From an uncultured Chloroflexia bacterium (GTDB lineage Bacteria; Chloroflexota; Limnocylindria; Limnocylindrales; CSP1-4), in NCBI GenBank assembly GCA_963752475.1, contig CAVVYR010000006.1, positions 352,001 through 416,000 on the forward strand: a stretch of 64,000 nt of DNA, in the 5' to 3' direction. This document shows, one piece after another, positions 20,438 through 33,263 of the stretch (its first letter is position 1; each line of letters starts with the position of its first letter). The position numbers and the translations under genes were made by a program. Below the pieces are notes generated by a model. That model did not search any database, was not told the DNA's origin, and saw nothing but the letters and a program-made list of their open reading frames with translations.

Positions 20438-21348
20438 CAGACAGCAAACCGACCATCGGCTTCATCGGCCTGGGCATCATGGGCGCGCCCATGGCCCGCA
20501 ACCTCCTGGCCGCTGGCTACGAGTTGACGGTGCTCGACGTGGTCCAGGCGCCCGTGGATGGACTCGTGGCCGAAGGGGCCACCGCCGGCACCACCCCCGC
20601 GGAGGTCGCCGCCGCCACCGACGTGCTCATCACCATGCTGCCCGACTCACCGCAGGTGGAGGAGGTCTACCTTGGCGCCGACGGCGCCTATGAGGCCCTG
20701 CGGGAGGGCTGGTTGTCCATCGACATGAGCTCCATCGCCCCGGGCACCGCTCGCGCGTTGGCCGAACGTGCCGCTGCGGCCGGGACCGAGGCGCTCGATG
20801 CGCCCGTCTCGGGTGGCGACAAGGGTGCCATCGCGGGCACGCTCTCGATCATGGTCGGTGGTTCCGAAGCCGCCTTCGAACGCGCCCGGCCGATCTTCGA
20901 GGTCATGGGCGCGACCATCGTCCATTGCGGTCCCGCTGGTGCCGGGCAGGTCGTCAAGGTCTGCAACCAGGTCACCGTCGGGGTCGTCATCGAGGCCGTC
21001 AGCGAAGCACTCGTGCTGGGCGCCAAGGCCGGCGTAGACCCGGCTCGCATCGCCGACGTGCTGCAGGGTGGGCTGGCCGCCACGAAGGTGCTCGAGATGC
21101 GCCGCGACAACTTCCTCTCCGGCTCGTTCGATCCCGGCTTCCGCATCCGGCTGCACCTCAAGGACCTCAAGAACGCGCTCGAGCTGGGTCGTGACGAGGG
21201 TGTGGCCCTGCCGGCCGCGGCCACCGTCGAGCAGCTCATGCGCGCGGCTCTCGCGAACGGTCGAGGGGAGTACGACCACTCCGGCCTGGTGACGGTGCTG
21301 GAGGACCTCGCCGACAGCCGAGTCTCGGAGGCAGCCGCCGGCGACTGA
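20434..21348 (+). CDS. garR: 2-hydroxy-3-oxopropionate (tartronate semialdehyde) reductase
   Basis: GFIGLGIMG.PMA, DAPVSGG, KVCNQ, PGFRI.LH.KDL. Confidence 0.85.
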   Translation: MTDSKPTIGFIGLGIMGAPMARNLLAAGYELTVLDVVQAPVDGLVAEGATAGTTPAEVAAATDVLITMLPDSPQVEEVYLGADGAYEALREGWLSIDMSSIAPGTARALAERAAAAGTEALDAPVSGGDKGAIAGTLSIMVGGSEAAFERARPIFEVMGATIVHCGPAGAGQVVKVCNQVTVGVVIEAVSEALVLGAKAGVDPARIADVLQGGLAATKVLEMRRDNFLSGSFDPGFRIRLHLKDLKNALELGRDEGVALPAAATVEQLMRAALANGRGEYDHSGLVTVLEDLADSRVSEAAAGD

Positions 21349-21353
21349 CCTGA

Positions 21354-23473
<2,120 letters not shown>

Positions 23474-23474
23474 G

Positions 23475-23735
23475 CTAGCGAAGCGGCTCGATGCGGTCGA
23501 GTGGCAGACGTCGCGTGGCAAGCGTCCAGTCACGCTCGAGCTCCCGACGGTGGCTTGATGCCCACTCGGCGACCAACCTGAGTGCTCGGGGCGGCAGCCG
23601 ACCTCTGAGCACCGCGCAGTCTGAGATCGCGATCCGCGCCCTGTATTCACCGTAGCGAGCATGGAAGTGCGGTGGCTCGTGGTCGTCCGGATACATCGTG
23701 ATGACGATGCCGTAGAAGCGACAGATCTCGGGCAT
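23475..23735 (-). CDS. DUF4160 protein (putative toxin)
   Basis: MPEICRFYGIVI.MY..DHEPPHFHARY...W...IEPL. Confidence 0.9.
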   Translation of the reverse strand: MPEICRFYGIVITMYPDDHEPPHFHARYGEYRARIAISDCAVLRGRLPPRALRLVAEWASSHRRELERDWTLATRRLPLDRIEPLR

Positions 23736-23852
23736 CGACGGACGTTACGCACGCCGTCTTCACTGCCATATCATCCGGACTTCGCCGGCACTTGGGCCCG
23801 CCGTACAATGGCCGCACAGACCCGCATCACTCCCTGAGGAGCCCACGAACCC

Positions 23853-24518
23853 ATGAAGCTGTTCCTGGATACCGCTGTCATCGACGAGATCCGCACCGTC
23901 CATAGCTGGGGCGTGCTCGATGGCGTGACCACCAACCCCTCGCTCTTCGCCAAGGCCGGCGGCGGCAGCTACGAAGAGGTACTCGAGGAGATCTGTGGCA
24001 TCACCTCCGGTCCGGTCAGCGCCGAGGTCATCGCCGACGACCTCGAGGGCATGCTCAGCGAAGGGCGCAAGTTCGCCAAGATCGCGCCGAACATCGTGGT
24101 CAAGGTACCCATGACCGAGACCGGCCTGACGGCCATCTCGACCTTCGCCGAAGAGGGCATCAAGACGAACTGCACGCTCATCTTCAGCACGGCCCAGGGG
24201 CTGCTCGCGGCCAAGGCCGGCGCCACCTACCTGTCCCCCTTCGTCGGTCGCCTCGACGATATCGCCCAGGAGGGCATGGACATGGTCCGCGAGTTGGCTG
24301 CGCTGCTCATGGTCCAGGAGTTGGACGCGGAGATCATCGTGGCCTCCACGCGATCGCCGCGGCACGTCGTCGATGGTGCCCTCGCCGGTGCCACGGTCGC
24401 GACCGTGCCCTTCAAGGTCGTGGCCCAGATGGTCAAGCACCCGCTGACCGACAAGGGCATCGCCCAGTTCGAGGCCGATTGGGCCAAGGCCCAGGCCGAG
24501 CTCGCCGCCAAGGGCTAG
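23853..24518 (+). CDS. fsa: Fructose-6-phosphate aldolase/small transaldolase
   Basis: [35 protein letters not shown]. Confidence 0.93.
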   Translation: MKLFLDTAVIDEIRTVHSWGVLDGVTTNPSLFAKAGGGSYEEVLEEICGITSGPVSAEVIADDLEGMLSEGRKFAKIAPNIVVKVPMTETGLTAISTFAEEGIKTNCTLIFSTAQGLLAAKAGATYLSPFVGRLDDIAQEGMDMVRELAALLMVQELDAEIIVASTRSPRHVVDGALAGATVATVPFKVVAQMVKHPLTDKGIAQFEADWAKAQAELAAKG

Positions 24519-25296
24519 CCGCCGGGCGGCTCCTCCGCCATCAGCCCGCCCACCGATGCCCTGGGCGCCTACGATGCCGTCGGCGCCTACATCGACCGAG
24601 CCGAGCCCCGGGTGACGTCTGACGGACTCCGGGGCTCACGATTTCGCCGAGAGCACCTGACGCGAAGCTGCACCGTCAGGCCATGGAGCGCATGGGGGCG
24701 CTCATGATGTGGTCTTGTGGCCACGCGTCGCCCTGGTCGACGGTCGGGGTCCTCGTAGCCACCTCTGGCACGGATGAGCGCCCGCTGACCGCAGATCCCG
24801 TGTCCGCTGCGCGTCATCGCGTCAGGAGTACATCCCTCCGGCCGGGTGAAGAGTGGCTCGACCGCGAAGTCGCTGCCATGCTGAGCGGTTGGGACAGACG
24901 GACTGACCATGGCCAAGACCTCCGCCGACGATCGCCAACTCTCGCATCGAGCTGGCCACTGCGCCGCCTCTCGCGAGCGTTGGCGTGATCATCATTCCTC
25001 GGCTCTATCAGACTCCCGAGGAGCAGATGGCGCAAGAGACCCAGGTCACATCGTCACGATGCAGCAATGGTGTGGGGCCCACAGGAAGTCGCATCAATGA
25101 GGCGAAGCGTCGCGATGTTCGAGGCCCGAATCGGGCACGGCCATGCCCTCAGCGACAAGGGAGTTCTGGGTTCAAGGTGTCGCGATGTGGTCTGAGCTGC
25201 AGTCAGCCGAGGCATCCGCGACCGAGCCTGGGAACAAGCCGGAGGCGCTGGCTCGACAGGGGCTCTGCGCGTCATCGCAGAGCCCCCTGTCAGCGA

Positions 25297-26928
25297 TCAG
25301 CGGGTGAACTCGTAGACGGTGTTCGTCACGTCCTCGGTCACGTAGATCGAGCCGTTGGGACCGACCGCCACCCCAGTGAGCATGCCGAACGGAAGGGCGC
25401 CCGGAGTGACTCGTGCCCCGAGATCCAGCCCTTCGATGACCGGCGTGACCGCGCCGCTGGCCAGATCGATGGCTGACACGCGATCCAAGCCCTCTTCGAC
25501 GACAAGCAGGCGATCACCATCGAGCGCCAGCCCCTCCGGGAAGGCAAGGTCGGTAGCGAGCGGGACCGCATCACCATCGGACGGGACGGCGAAGACCGTG
25601 CCCTGGGCCCAGTCGGCCACGTACAGGGTGTCCCCGTCGGAAGTCAGGCCGGTCGGCAGCACGAGTCCGCCGATCAACTCATCGCCGGTCGTCGCATTCA
25701 CGACGTTGTTGCCGTCGGGCAGGCCGCCCTGCGCGGCCACGAGTGCATCACCGTGGCGGATGGCGTTCAACGGCACCGCGAGCGTGCGGATATCTTCGGC
25801 CACGGCGCCGGTGACAGGGTCGAACACCTGTACCGCGTTCGAGAACCAGCTGGTGCTGATGAGCTCGTCCCCATCTGCCGACAAGCTGAACCCCGTCGCC
25901 GGCTCCATGCCCGGCGGGTCGTAGCGATCGTAGAACGTCGTCACCACCTCGCCGTTCGCGCCGATCCCGCGGATCGAGAACGGATCGGCCGCGACCCAGA
26001 CCGTGCCGTCGGGAGTGATCGCGACACCAGACGGGGACGGCCAGCCGGCTTCGTTCAGCGGCTCGACCTCACCACCCGGGCTCCAGCGCAGGATCTGTCC
26101 GTCGCTCGAGGCCGCGGTGAAGATGCGGCCTGCCGAGTCGAAGGCCATGTTGTCAAGCGTGCCCTCGATGTCGAGGAGCACCTCGTGGTCTCCGCCCTCC
26201 ATGTCGACCTTGAGAATCTGACCCTCGGCGAGATCGACGACGTAGAGCTGACCCGATGAGTCGAACTTCACCGCGGAGGGGATACGGAAGCCCTCAGCCA
26301 CGATCTCTGCCGTCGGCTCTTCGGCATCGACATCGACGCGGGCGATGGCCCCGCCGAAGAACAGCGGTCCATACAGGAGGCCGTCTGGGCCGAAGTCCAT
26401 GCCGTTCATGCCGACCAAGTCCTCGATGACCACCCGGGGCGGCTCCACGAGCTCCGGATCCAGCTCGTACAGTCCGTCGCCCATGAAGTCACGAGCCACG
26501 AAGAGTCGGCCATCATCCGACATCGTGATGGGATTGACGCCCGGTCCTACCTGCTGGGTCGTGAAGGTACCGTCGGGCTTGAGCATGCCGACGTTGCCGG
26601 CGAGGAGCTCGGTCCAGTAGATCGTGCCATCGTTCGTGACGAACACGTCATCGGGGCCGTGGACACCTCGCTCAGGGCCGATGCGATCGAGGATCTCGCC
26701 GGTGTCGGGGTCCTGGACCGTGATCTCGTCACCGCCCACGCTCGCGGCGTAGACCTTGCCATCCGGTCCGACGTAGGTGCCGTTCGACCCCTTGAGGATG
26801 GATGCGCGCCAGACGGGGGCGCCATCCTCGGGGCTGTAGGGCTCGGTGGCCACCTCGTCCTGTGCCGCGACGCCGGCAGATGCCAGCATCAGGGTGACGA
26901 CCGTGGCTAGCGCGATGAACTTACGCAT
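25297..26928 (-). CDS. Secreted double beta-propeller protein (SMP-30/NHL-like repeats)
   Basis: Signal peptide MRKFIALA...AAQD; repeated P.G...DG.LYV blades. Confidence 0.75.
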   Translation of the reverse strand: MRKFIALATVVTLMLASAGVAAQDEVATEPYSPEDGAPVWRASILKGSNGTYVGPDGKVYAASVGGDEITVQDPDTGEILDRIGPERGVHGPDDVFVTNDGTIYWTELLAGNVGMLKPDGTFTTQQVGPGVNPITMSDDGRLFVARDFMGDGLYELDPELVEPPRVVIEDLVGMNGMDFGPDGLLYGPLFFGGAIARVDVDAEEPTAEIVAEGFRIPSAVKFDSSGQLYVVDLAEGQILKVDMEGGDHEVLLDIEGTLDNMAFDSAGRIFTAASSDGQILRWSPGGEVEPLNEAGWPSPSGVAITPDGTVWVAADPFSIRGIGANGEVVTTFYDRYDPPGMEPATGFSLSADGDELISTSWFSNAVQVFDPVTGAVAEDIRTLAVPLNAIRHGDALVAAQGGLPDGNNVVNATTGDELIGGLVLPTGLTSDGDTLYVADWAQGTVFAVPSDGDAVPLATDLAFPEGLALDGDRLLVVEEGLDRVSAIDLASGAVTPVIEGLDLGARVTPGALPFGMLTGVAVGPNGSIYVTEDVTNTVYEFTR

Positions 26929-27159
26929 GCGTGCGCTCCCGCTTTGCATGGTCGCGCTGTCGGCGGCTCATCTGGTCACTCGGCACGGCCACCACTGCTG
27001 ATTCTCTCACTCGCGTCGAGGTCACCCTGAACTGTGACGGTGGTCCGACGCGTGGTACCGCGCCGGCACCGCTGACTATCTGGTGCTATCAGCCGATATG
27101 GTCGACACGGGCGACGCTTGACTGCAGAGGCCGGAGGAACGGGCCGATATGCCTGATGG

Positions 27160-27187
27160 TTGACCAAGTCCGCTCGCGTGCTACTAT
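27160..27187 (+). promoter_or_regulatory. Sigma70-type promoter of rho, followed by a C-rich leader
   Basis: TTGACC-16 nt-TACTAT with extended TG; about 160-nt leader. Confidence 0.55.
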
Positions 27188-27352
27188 CCGATTCGTCCCC
27201 ACCCCACCGTCCGACGCCTGACCGGCTCACGGCTGGTCCATGCGCGACCGGGGGAGCTGAGGACACCCATCTCCACGCTCGCTACCGCATGCGCCCAGCG
27301 CTGCTGTCCGTCGAGCGGTCACCCCGATGCCGTAAGGAACGAAGCCCCGGAT

Positions 27353-28624
27353 ATGGACATCAAGGAACTCGAGAAGAAGGACGCCGGCGAGCTGGCCAAG
27401 ATCGGCGGGGACCTCGACGTCGCTGACGCCGAGGGGATGCAGCGTGAGGAGCTCGTCGAGCAGATCATGCAGCGCCAGTCAGAGCAGAAGGGTCAGAAGT
27501 ATGCGGCCGGCATCCTCGACATCGTCGAGGACGGCTACGGCTTCATGCGACGCCGCGGCCTCATGCCCAGCCCGGACGACGTCTACGTCAGCTCCAGCCA
27601 CGTGCGCCGCTTCGGCCTGCGTGCCGGAGACCGCGTGGCCGGCATCCCGCGCTCGCCCAAGAAGGGTGAGAAGTACTGGGGCCTCGTCCGCGTCGAGACC
27701 GTCAACGGCATGGACCCCAACGATGCCAGGCGTCGGCCTCACTTCGATGAGCTCACCCCCATCCACCCCTACCAGCTCATCAACCTCGAGCACGACCCCG
27801 AGAACCTGAGCCAGCGCCTGGTCAACATCGTCAACCCCATCGGCAAGGGCCAGCGCGCGCTCGTCGTCAGCCCGCCCAAGGCCGGCAAGACGATGCTGCT
27901 CAAGAACATCGCCAACGGCATCACCACCAACTACCCGGAGATCCTGCTCATGGTCGCGCTCATCGGCGAGCGCCCCGAGGAGGTCACCGACATGCGCCGC
28001 TCGGTCAAGGGCGAGGTCATCAGCTCGACCTTCGACGAGCCGACCGAGAACCACACGCACGTCGCCGAGATGGCCCTGGAGATCGCCAAGCGTCAGGTCG
28101 AGTCCGGCCGCGACGTGGTCATCCTGCTCGACTCCATCACCCGCCTCTCGCGCGCCTACAACCTGGCCCTGCCGCCGTCCGGCCGCACCCTCACCGGCGG
28201 TATCGACCCGGTCGCGCTGTATCCCCCCAAGCGCTTCTTCGGCGCCGCTCGCAAGCTCGAGGAAGGCGGCTCGCTGACGATCATCGCGACCTGTCTCGTC
28301 GACACCGGCTCGCGCATGGATGACGTCATCTACGAGGAGTTCAAGGGCACCGGCAACAGCGAGCTCATCCTCGACCGCAAGCTGGCCGAGAAGCGCATCT
28401 ATCCGTCGATCGATGTGCAGCGCTCCGGTACTCGCCGCGAGGAGCTCCTGCTCGAAGAGCCCGTGCTCAGGATGGTCTGGACCATGCGCCGCATGCTCAG
28501 CGCCGTCGGTACCAACGAGGGCATCGAGCTGCTGCTCAACCGCCTCAGCAAGACCGACACCAACGCCGAGTTCCTGGCCTCACTCACCCGCCAGGCGGCC
28601 AGCGAGGGTACCAACGGCAAGTAG
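27353..28624 (+). CDS. rho: Transcription termination factor Rho (short form)
   Basis: [41 protein letters not shown]. Confidence 0.98.
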   Translation: MDIKELEKKDAGELAKIGGDLDVADAEGMQREELVEQIMQRQSEQKGQKYAAGILDIVEDGYGFMRRRGLMPSPDDVYVSSSHVRRFGLRAGDRVAGIPRSPKKGEKYWGLVRVETVNGMDPNDARRRPHFDELTPIHPYQLINLEHDPENLSQRLVNIVNPIGKGQRALVVSPPKAGKTMLLKNIANGITTNYPEILLMVALIGERPEEVTDMRRSVKGEVISSTFDEPTENHTHVAEMALEIAKRQVESGRDVVILLDSITRLSRAYNLALPPSGRTLTGGIDPVALYPPKRFFGAARKLEEGGSLTIIATCLVDTGSRMDDVIYEEFKGTGNSELILDRKLAEKRIYPSIDVQRSGTRREELLLEEPVLRMVWTMRRMLSAVGTNEGIELLLNRLSKTDTNAEFLASLTRQAASEGTNGK

Positions 28625-28670
28625 GCCGGTCGGCCGCGTCGCTGGGCGCGCGGTCATACTGGCCTGACCG

Positions 28671-29975
28671 ATGTTCCTCGACCAGGTCGACCTCACCGTC
28701 ATCGCCGGCAACGGCGGCAACGGCGCCGCCACGTTCCGCCGCGAGGCCCATGTGCCCCGCGGCGGTCCCGATGGTGGTGATGGCGGCCGTGGCGGCTCCG
28801 TCTACCTCGTCGTCGACGTGGGTCAGACGATGCTCATCGACTACCGCTACAAGCACCACTTCCGTGCCCAGCACGGAACACCCGGGCAGCGCTCGCGCCG
28901 CCACGGCAAGACCGGTGGCGACCTGGAGCTGGCGGTCCCACCCGGCACCACCATCTACGACGCGGTGACGGGCGACCTCATGGCCGACCTCGTCTATCCG
29001 GCCCAGCGGGTGATGGTCGCTCGCGGTGGACGTGGCGGTCTGGGCAACACCCACTTCGCTACCTCCACGCACCAGGCCCCCAAACATGCCCAGAAGGGTG
29101 AGCCCGGCGAGGAGCGCCGCCTGCGCCTGGAGCTGCGGCTCATCGCCGACGTCGGCCTGGTGGGGCTGCCCAACGCGGGCAAGTCCACGCTACTGACCGC
29201 GCTCACCGCGGCCACGCCCAAGATCGCCAACTACCCCTTCACCACCCTCGAGCCCAACCTCGGTGTGCTCGACCTCGCCGTCGATGATCCCCTCGACGAC
29301 CGCCGCCCCACGCTGGCCGACCTACCCGGGCTCATCGAGGGCGCCAGCGCCGGTGCCGGCCTGGGCCATGCCTTCCTGCGCCACGTCGAGCGTACGCGCG
29401 TGCTGGTCCATGTCGTGGACATGTCCGAAGGCGACCCCGAGCGCGACTACCAGGTCATCCGCGACGAGCTCGAGGCGCGCGATCCGGCTTTGCTCGAGAA
29501 GACGACCCTGGTCGTGGCCAACAAGATGGACCTCGACCCCGACCCGGAGCTGGTGCGGGCGTTCACGGACGCTCGTGCAGGGGAGGGCCTGGAGGTCGTG
29601 CCCGTTTCGGCGGCGCTGTCCGAGGGGCTCGTCGAGCTGCGTGCGGCACTGGCCAAGCTGCTACCGACCGACGAGGAACTGGGCGGGCCCGGCGAAGCCA
29701 CCGGCGTCGTCGTCCACCGCTATGACCCGACCGAGGAGGGCTTCGTCGTCGAACGCGAGCCCGGCGGCGTGTGGGCCGTCGAGGGCCGGCGCGTGGAGCG
29801 GCTCGTGGCCCAGACGGACTTCGAGAACGAGGAATCTGCCGCCCGCTTCCAGCGCGAGCTGGCCAAGATGGGCCTCGTGGACAGGCTGCGCGACGCCGGC
29901 GTGGAGGCGGGTGACACCGTCCGTATCGGCGACACCGAGCTGGAGTGGGGCGCGGAGCCCGGAGCCTGGGTGTGA
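28671..29975 (+). CDS. obgE: GTPase Obg with C-terminal DUF1967 domain
   Basis: GGPDGGDGG, GLPNAGKST, YPFTT, NKMD. Confidence 0.98.
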   Translation: MFLDQVDLTVIAGNGGNGAATFRREAHVPRGGPDGGDGGRGGSVYLVVDVGQTMLIDYRYKHHFRAQHGTPGQRSRRHGKTGGDLELAVPPGTTIYDAVTGDLMADLVYPAQRVMVARGGRGGLGNTHFATSTHQAPKHAQKGEPGEERRLRLELRLIADVGLVGLPNAGKSTLLTALTAATPKIANYPFTTLEPNLGVLDLAVDDPLDDRRPTLADLPGLIEGASAGAGLGHAFLRHVERTRVLVHVVDMSEGDPERDYQVIRDELEARDPALLEKTTLVVANKMDLDPDPELVRAFTDARAGEGLEVVPVSAALSEGLVELRAALAKLLPTDEELGGPGEATGVVVHRYDPTEEGFVVEREPGGVWAVEGRRVERLVAQTDFENEESAARFQRELAKMGLVDRLRDAGVEAGDTVRIGDTELEWGAEPGAWV

Positions 29976-30604
29976 CCGGGGCGCCTCGCGCGTTCGGGAT
30001 CATCGGGGGCACGTTCGATCCGCTCCACCTGGGCCACCTGGCGTTGGCCGACGAGGCGCTCCATGAGCTCGAGCTGGACCATCTCCTCTTCGTGCCCAAC
30101 GCGGACCCGCCGCACAAACAGGGTCAGGCGGTGACGCCGGCTCGCCATCGAGAGGCCATGGTGGCGCTGGCCATCGAGCCCGAGCCCAGGTTCCGGCTCT
30201 CGCGCATCGAGCTCGAGCGCGAAGGTCCCAGCTTCGCCGTCGATACGGTGGCCCAGCTGGCCGAACGCTCACATGCCGAGGGCCGACCCGAGCCGTGGTT
30301 CGTGATGTCCGCGGAGACGCTCGATGGCTTCGATGCCTGGCGTGAGCCGGAGCGCATCCTGGAGCTGTGCCGGCTGGCGGTGGGACCACGCCCCGGTGCC
30401 GAGCCGCTCGATCACGGCTGGGTCGCGGAGCACCATCCCGGGCGTGAGAGCCGGTTCGTGTTCCTGCCGGGACCGGAGCTCGACATCGCCTCGACGGACA
30501 TCCGCGAGCGTGTCGCCACCGGCGCGCCCATCACCGACCTCGCGCCCGAGGTCGTCATCGACTACATCGAGGAGCACGGCCTGTACCGGGGAGGGGAGGC
30601 ATGA
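29972..30604 (+). CDS. nadD: Nicotinate-nucleotide adenylyltransferase
   Basis: GGTFDPLHLGH, PPHK, ASTDIR, YI..HGLY. Confidence 0.95.
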   Translation: MTGAPRAFGIIGGTFDPLHLGHLALADEALHELELDHLLFVPNADPPHKQGQAVTPARHREAMVALAIEPEPRFRLSRIELEREGPSFAVDTVAQLAERSHAEGRPEPWFVMSAETLDGFDAWREPERILELCRLAVGPRPGAEPLDHGWVAEHHPGRESRFVFLPGPELDIASTDIRERVATGAPITDLAPEVVIDYIEEHGLYRGGEA

Positions 30605-31314
30605 GCGAGGTCCGTACCATCGGCCTGCTCGGTGGCATGAGCTGGGAGTCCAGCATCGAGTACGAGCGCATCATCAACACCGAGGTGCGATCGGCGCTCG
30701 GCGGCGTGCATTCCGCGAGCCTCCTCGTCCGTTCGTACGATTTCGCCCAGATCGAGCGCCTGCAGGCCGAGGGGGACTGGGATGGCGCCGGTGCGGTGCT
30801 GGCCGCCGATGCGCGCCGGCTGCAGGACGCGGGTGCCGGACTCATCGTGCTCTGCACCAACACCATGCATCGCTGCGCGGAGGCCATCGAGGCTGCCGTC
30901 GACGTACCCTTCCTGCACCTTGCCGATGCCACCGCGAGGGCCGTGATCGCGGCCGGCGTGGAACGAGTCGCCTTGCTGGGCACGCGCTACACCATGGAGC
31001 AGGACTTCTATCGTGCGCGCCTCGAGCGTCGCGGGCTCTCGGTCATCGTGCCCCATGAGCCCGACCGCACCCTCGTCCACGAGGTCATCTACGACGAGCT
31101 CGTGCAGGGCGTGGTCTCGCCCGTCTCACAGGCCGGATACCTCGAGGTCATCGGACGCCTGGTCGAGCGGGGCGCACAGGGAGTCATCGCCGGCTGCACC
31201 GAGATCGAGCTGCTGGTCGGTCCCGATGACGTCGAGGTGCCGTACTTCCCGACGACGGCATTGCATGCACACGCGGCCGCGAGCTGGGCGCTGGGTGGAC
31301 GGGACGAGGCATGA
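30601..31314 (+). CDS. Aspartate/glutamate racemase family
   Basis: IGLLGGMSWES, CTNTMH, GCTEI. Confidence 0.93.
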   Translation: MSEVRTIGLLGGMSWESSIEYERIINTEVRSALGGVHSASLLVRSYDFAQIERLQAEGDWDGAGAVLAADARRLQDAGAGLIVLCTNTMHRCAEAIEAAVDVPFLHLADATARAVIAAGVERVALLGTRYTMEQDFYRARLERRGLSVIVPHEPDRTLVHEVIYDELVQGVVSPVSQAGYLEVIGRLVERGAQGVIAGCTEIELLVGPDDVEVPYFPTTALHAHAAASWALGGRDEA

Positions 31315-31847
31315 TGGAAGCCGATCAGCAGACGCAGGAGGATCCGACAGCGGTGAACGACGAGCAGGCCACGACGCCGACCAAGCCCGGGGAGGCCGTC
31401 AGCAGCGCTCCCGATCCACGCGAGGCGGCGAAGCCGGGCCTGCCTGCGGGTCGGTCGAAGGACGAGGAGCGGCCTCGACCGGCCGTCGTCGATGCGGTCG
31501 ACGAGGACGTCCTGGCCATGGCCCACAGGATCGTCGACCTGGCCTCGGACAAGAAGGCCAGCGACATCGTCTTGCTCGATGTGCGCGGTCAGACCACGAT
31601 GACCGACTACTTCGTCATCTGTTCGGGTGCCTCCGATCGTCAGCTCAACGCCATCGCCGACGGCATCATCGTCGGGCTCAAGGACGACGAGCTGCCGCCG
31701 GTCTCACGCGAGGGCGATGCCAGCTCGCATTGGCTGCTGGTCGACTTCGGCGGCGTCATCGTGCACGTCATGAGCAAGCCCGAGCGCGAGTTCTACCAGC
31801 TCGAGAAGCTGTGGTCGGAGGCCTCGTTGCTGGTGCACGTCGTCTGA
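31311..31847 (+). CDS. rsfS: Ribosome silencing factor with a low-complexity N-terminal extension
   Basis: DKKA.DI, DYFVICSG, WLLVDFG.VIVH, FYQLEKLW. Confidence 0.93.
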   Translation: MMEADQQTQEDPTAVNDEQATTPTKPGEAVSSAPDPREAAKPGLPAGRSKDEERPRPAVVDAVDEDVLAMAHRIVDLASDKKASDIVLLDVRGQTTMTDYFVICSGASDRQLNAIADGIIVGLKDDELPPVSREGDASSHWLLVDFGGVIVHVMSKPEREFYQLEKLWSEASLLVHVV

Positions 31848-32017
31848 CGCAGCCCGGGTGTTGACGCCGCGCACCAACCCGTACCGTACTCATCTACCCC
31901 CTCGATGTGACCTCTCGTGGTACCACCGGGGCATGGGGGCAGCCCGAGCGCATCCGTAGCATCGGTGCTCGAGTCGATCGGAATGAACCGATCGTCGAGC
32001 AGAGGTTCGATGGAACG

Positions 32018-32272
32018 ATGACGTGGCTTCGGGACAACTGTCCGCAGTGCGAGCGCCAACTGGTCAACTCGCGCTTCGACACCACGTTCCGCATGCCAGA
32101 CGGCGACGAGCGTCTGTGCTTCGCGGTGCCGGCTGCACTCTGTGCCGACTGCCATCAGCTCTACCTGGACCCCGACCTGCTCGAGGTGCTCGATATCCCC
32201 GACGGCCGCTGCGTGTTCGCCATCGAATCCGATGGCGTGACCCAGGAGCGCGCGACGCAGTTCCCGGTCTGA
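32018..32272 (+). CDS. Small Zn-finger protein (YgiT/MqsA N-terminal type)
   Basis: CPQC...VPAALCADC....LD pattern. Confidence 0.6.
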   Translation: MTWLRDNCPQCERQLVNSRFDTTFRMPDGDERLCFAVPAALCADCHQLYLDPDLLEVLDIPDGRCVFAIESDGVTQERATQFPV

Positions 32273-32283
32273 CAGCCCTCTCG

Positions 32284-33261
32284 CTACTCCCTCGCTGAGC
32301 CGGGTCCTCGACCCGGCTCTCGTGCTGTCCGGGGGGCCATTCGCTGGCCGGCGATGCGGGCCCAGCGGGTCGACTGCACGAGGTAGACGCCGCCCGTGAC
32401 GAGTGCGATGCCGAGCAGACCGAAGGCGCCTGGCGCCTCACCCAGGAAGACCCAGGCGAGGACGGCGATCTGCACCAGCATGGTGTTGTTGATGGCCGCC
32501 GACTCGATCGCCGTCAGGCGCTGAAGCGACAGGTTCCAGAGCGTGAAGGCGAAGGCGGTGTTGACCACGGCCAGCCAGACGATGATGAGCCAGCCACGTG
32601 CGGAGATCGAGGGGAAGCCCTCGAGCCCGATGGCCGTGAACGCCAGTGCGCCGGCACCGATGGCCATGCTGATGGCGGTGATGGAGATGGCCGGCAACCG
32701 ACCCTCACGGTTGACGCTGCGTCCGATGACCGAGGCGGCGACGTTGGCGAAGAGCGCGGTGATCGCCGCGATCATGCCCGCTGTCGTCGCGCCCAGGTCG
32801 CCGGCGAAGTAGAGCAGGGCGCCGAGCGCCACCAGGCCCGTGCCCAGGAGCTGTACCCGCGTGGGCACCTCCGAGAGCGTCACTGCGGCACCGGCGGCCA
32901 CGAGCAGCGGCGTCAGCGAGAGGACCAGGCTGGTGGTCGCAGCGGGCTGTTCGTCGAGGGCCACGAACTGGGCCCCCTGGGTCAGCGCGTACATGACCAG
33001 TCCGAGCACGATGAGCCGGAGCAGGAATCCGCGTCCGACGTCGTAGTCGAACCGGCGCCTTCGCTCGCGCACGATGACGAAGCCCACGAGCACGATGGCG
33101 GCCAATCCGTAGCGCAGGGCTGCGAACATCACCGGCGGCAGGCCCTCGTCGTCGAGGCCCCAGCGGATGAGGATCCACGAGGATGACCACAGGACCGTGA
33201 CGAGGAGCGCCAGCCAGACCGCGACCCGATGGGACCGCAGCTCGATGCGCGCCGGGACCAC
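32284..33261 (-). CDS. EamA/DMT-family transporter
   Basis: About 10 TM segments; LWSSSW, ALRY, FLGE motifs. Confidence 0.9.
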   Translation of the reverse strand: MVPARIELRSHRVAVWLALLVTVLWSSSWILIRWGLDDEGLPPVMFAALRYGLAAIVLVGFVIVRERRRRFDYDVGRGFLLRLIVLGLVMYALTQGAQFVALDEQPAATTSLVLSLTPLLVAAGAAVTLSEVPTRVQLLGTGLVALGALLYFAGDLGATTAGMIAAITALFANVAASVIGRSVNREGRLPAISITAISMAIGAGALAFTAIGLEGFPSISARGWLIIVWLAVVNTAFAFTLWNLSLQRLTAIESAAINNTMLVQIAVLAWVFLGEAPGAFGLLGIALVTGGVYLVQSTRWARIAGQRMAPRTAREPGRGPGSARE

Positions 33262-33263
33262 CG

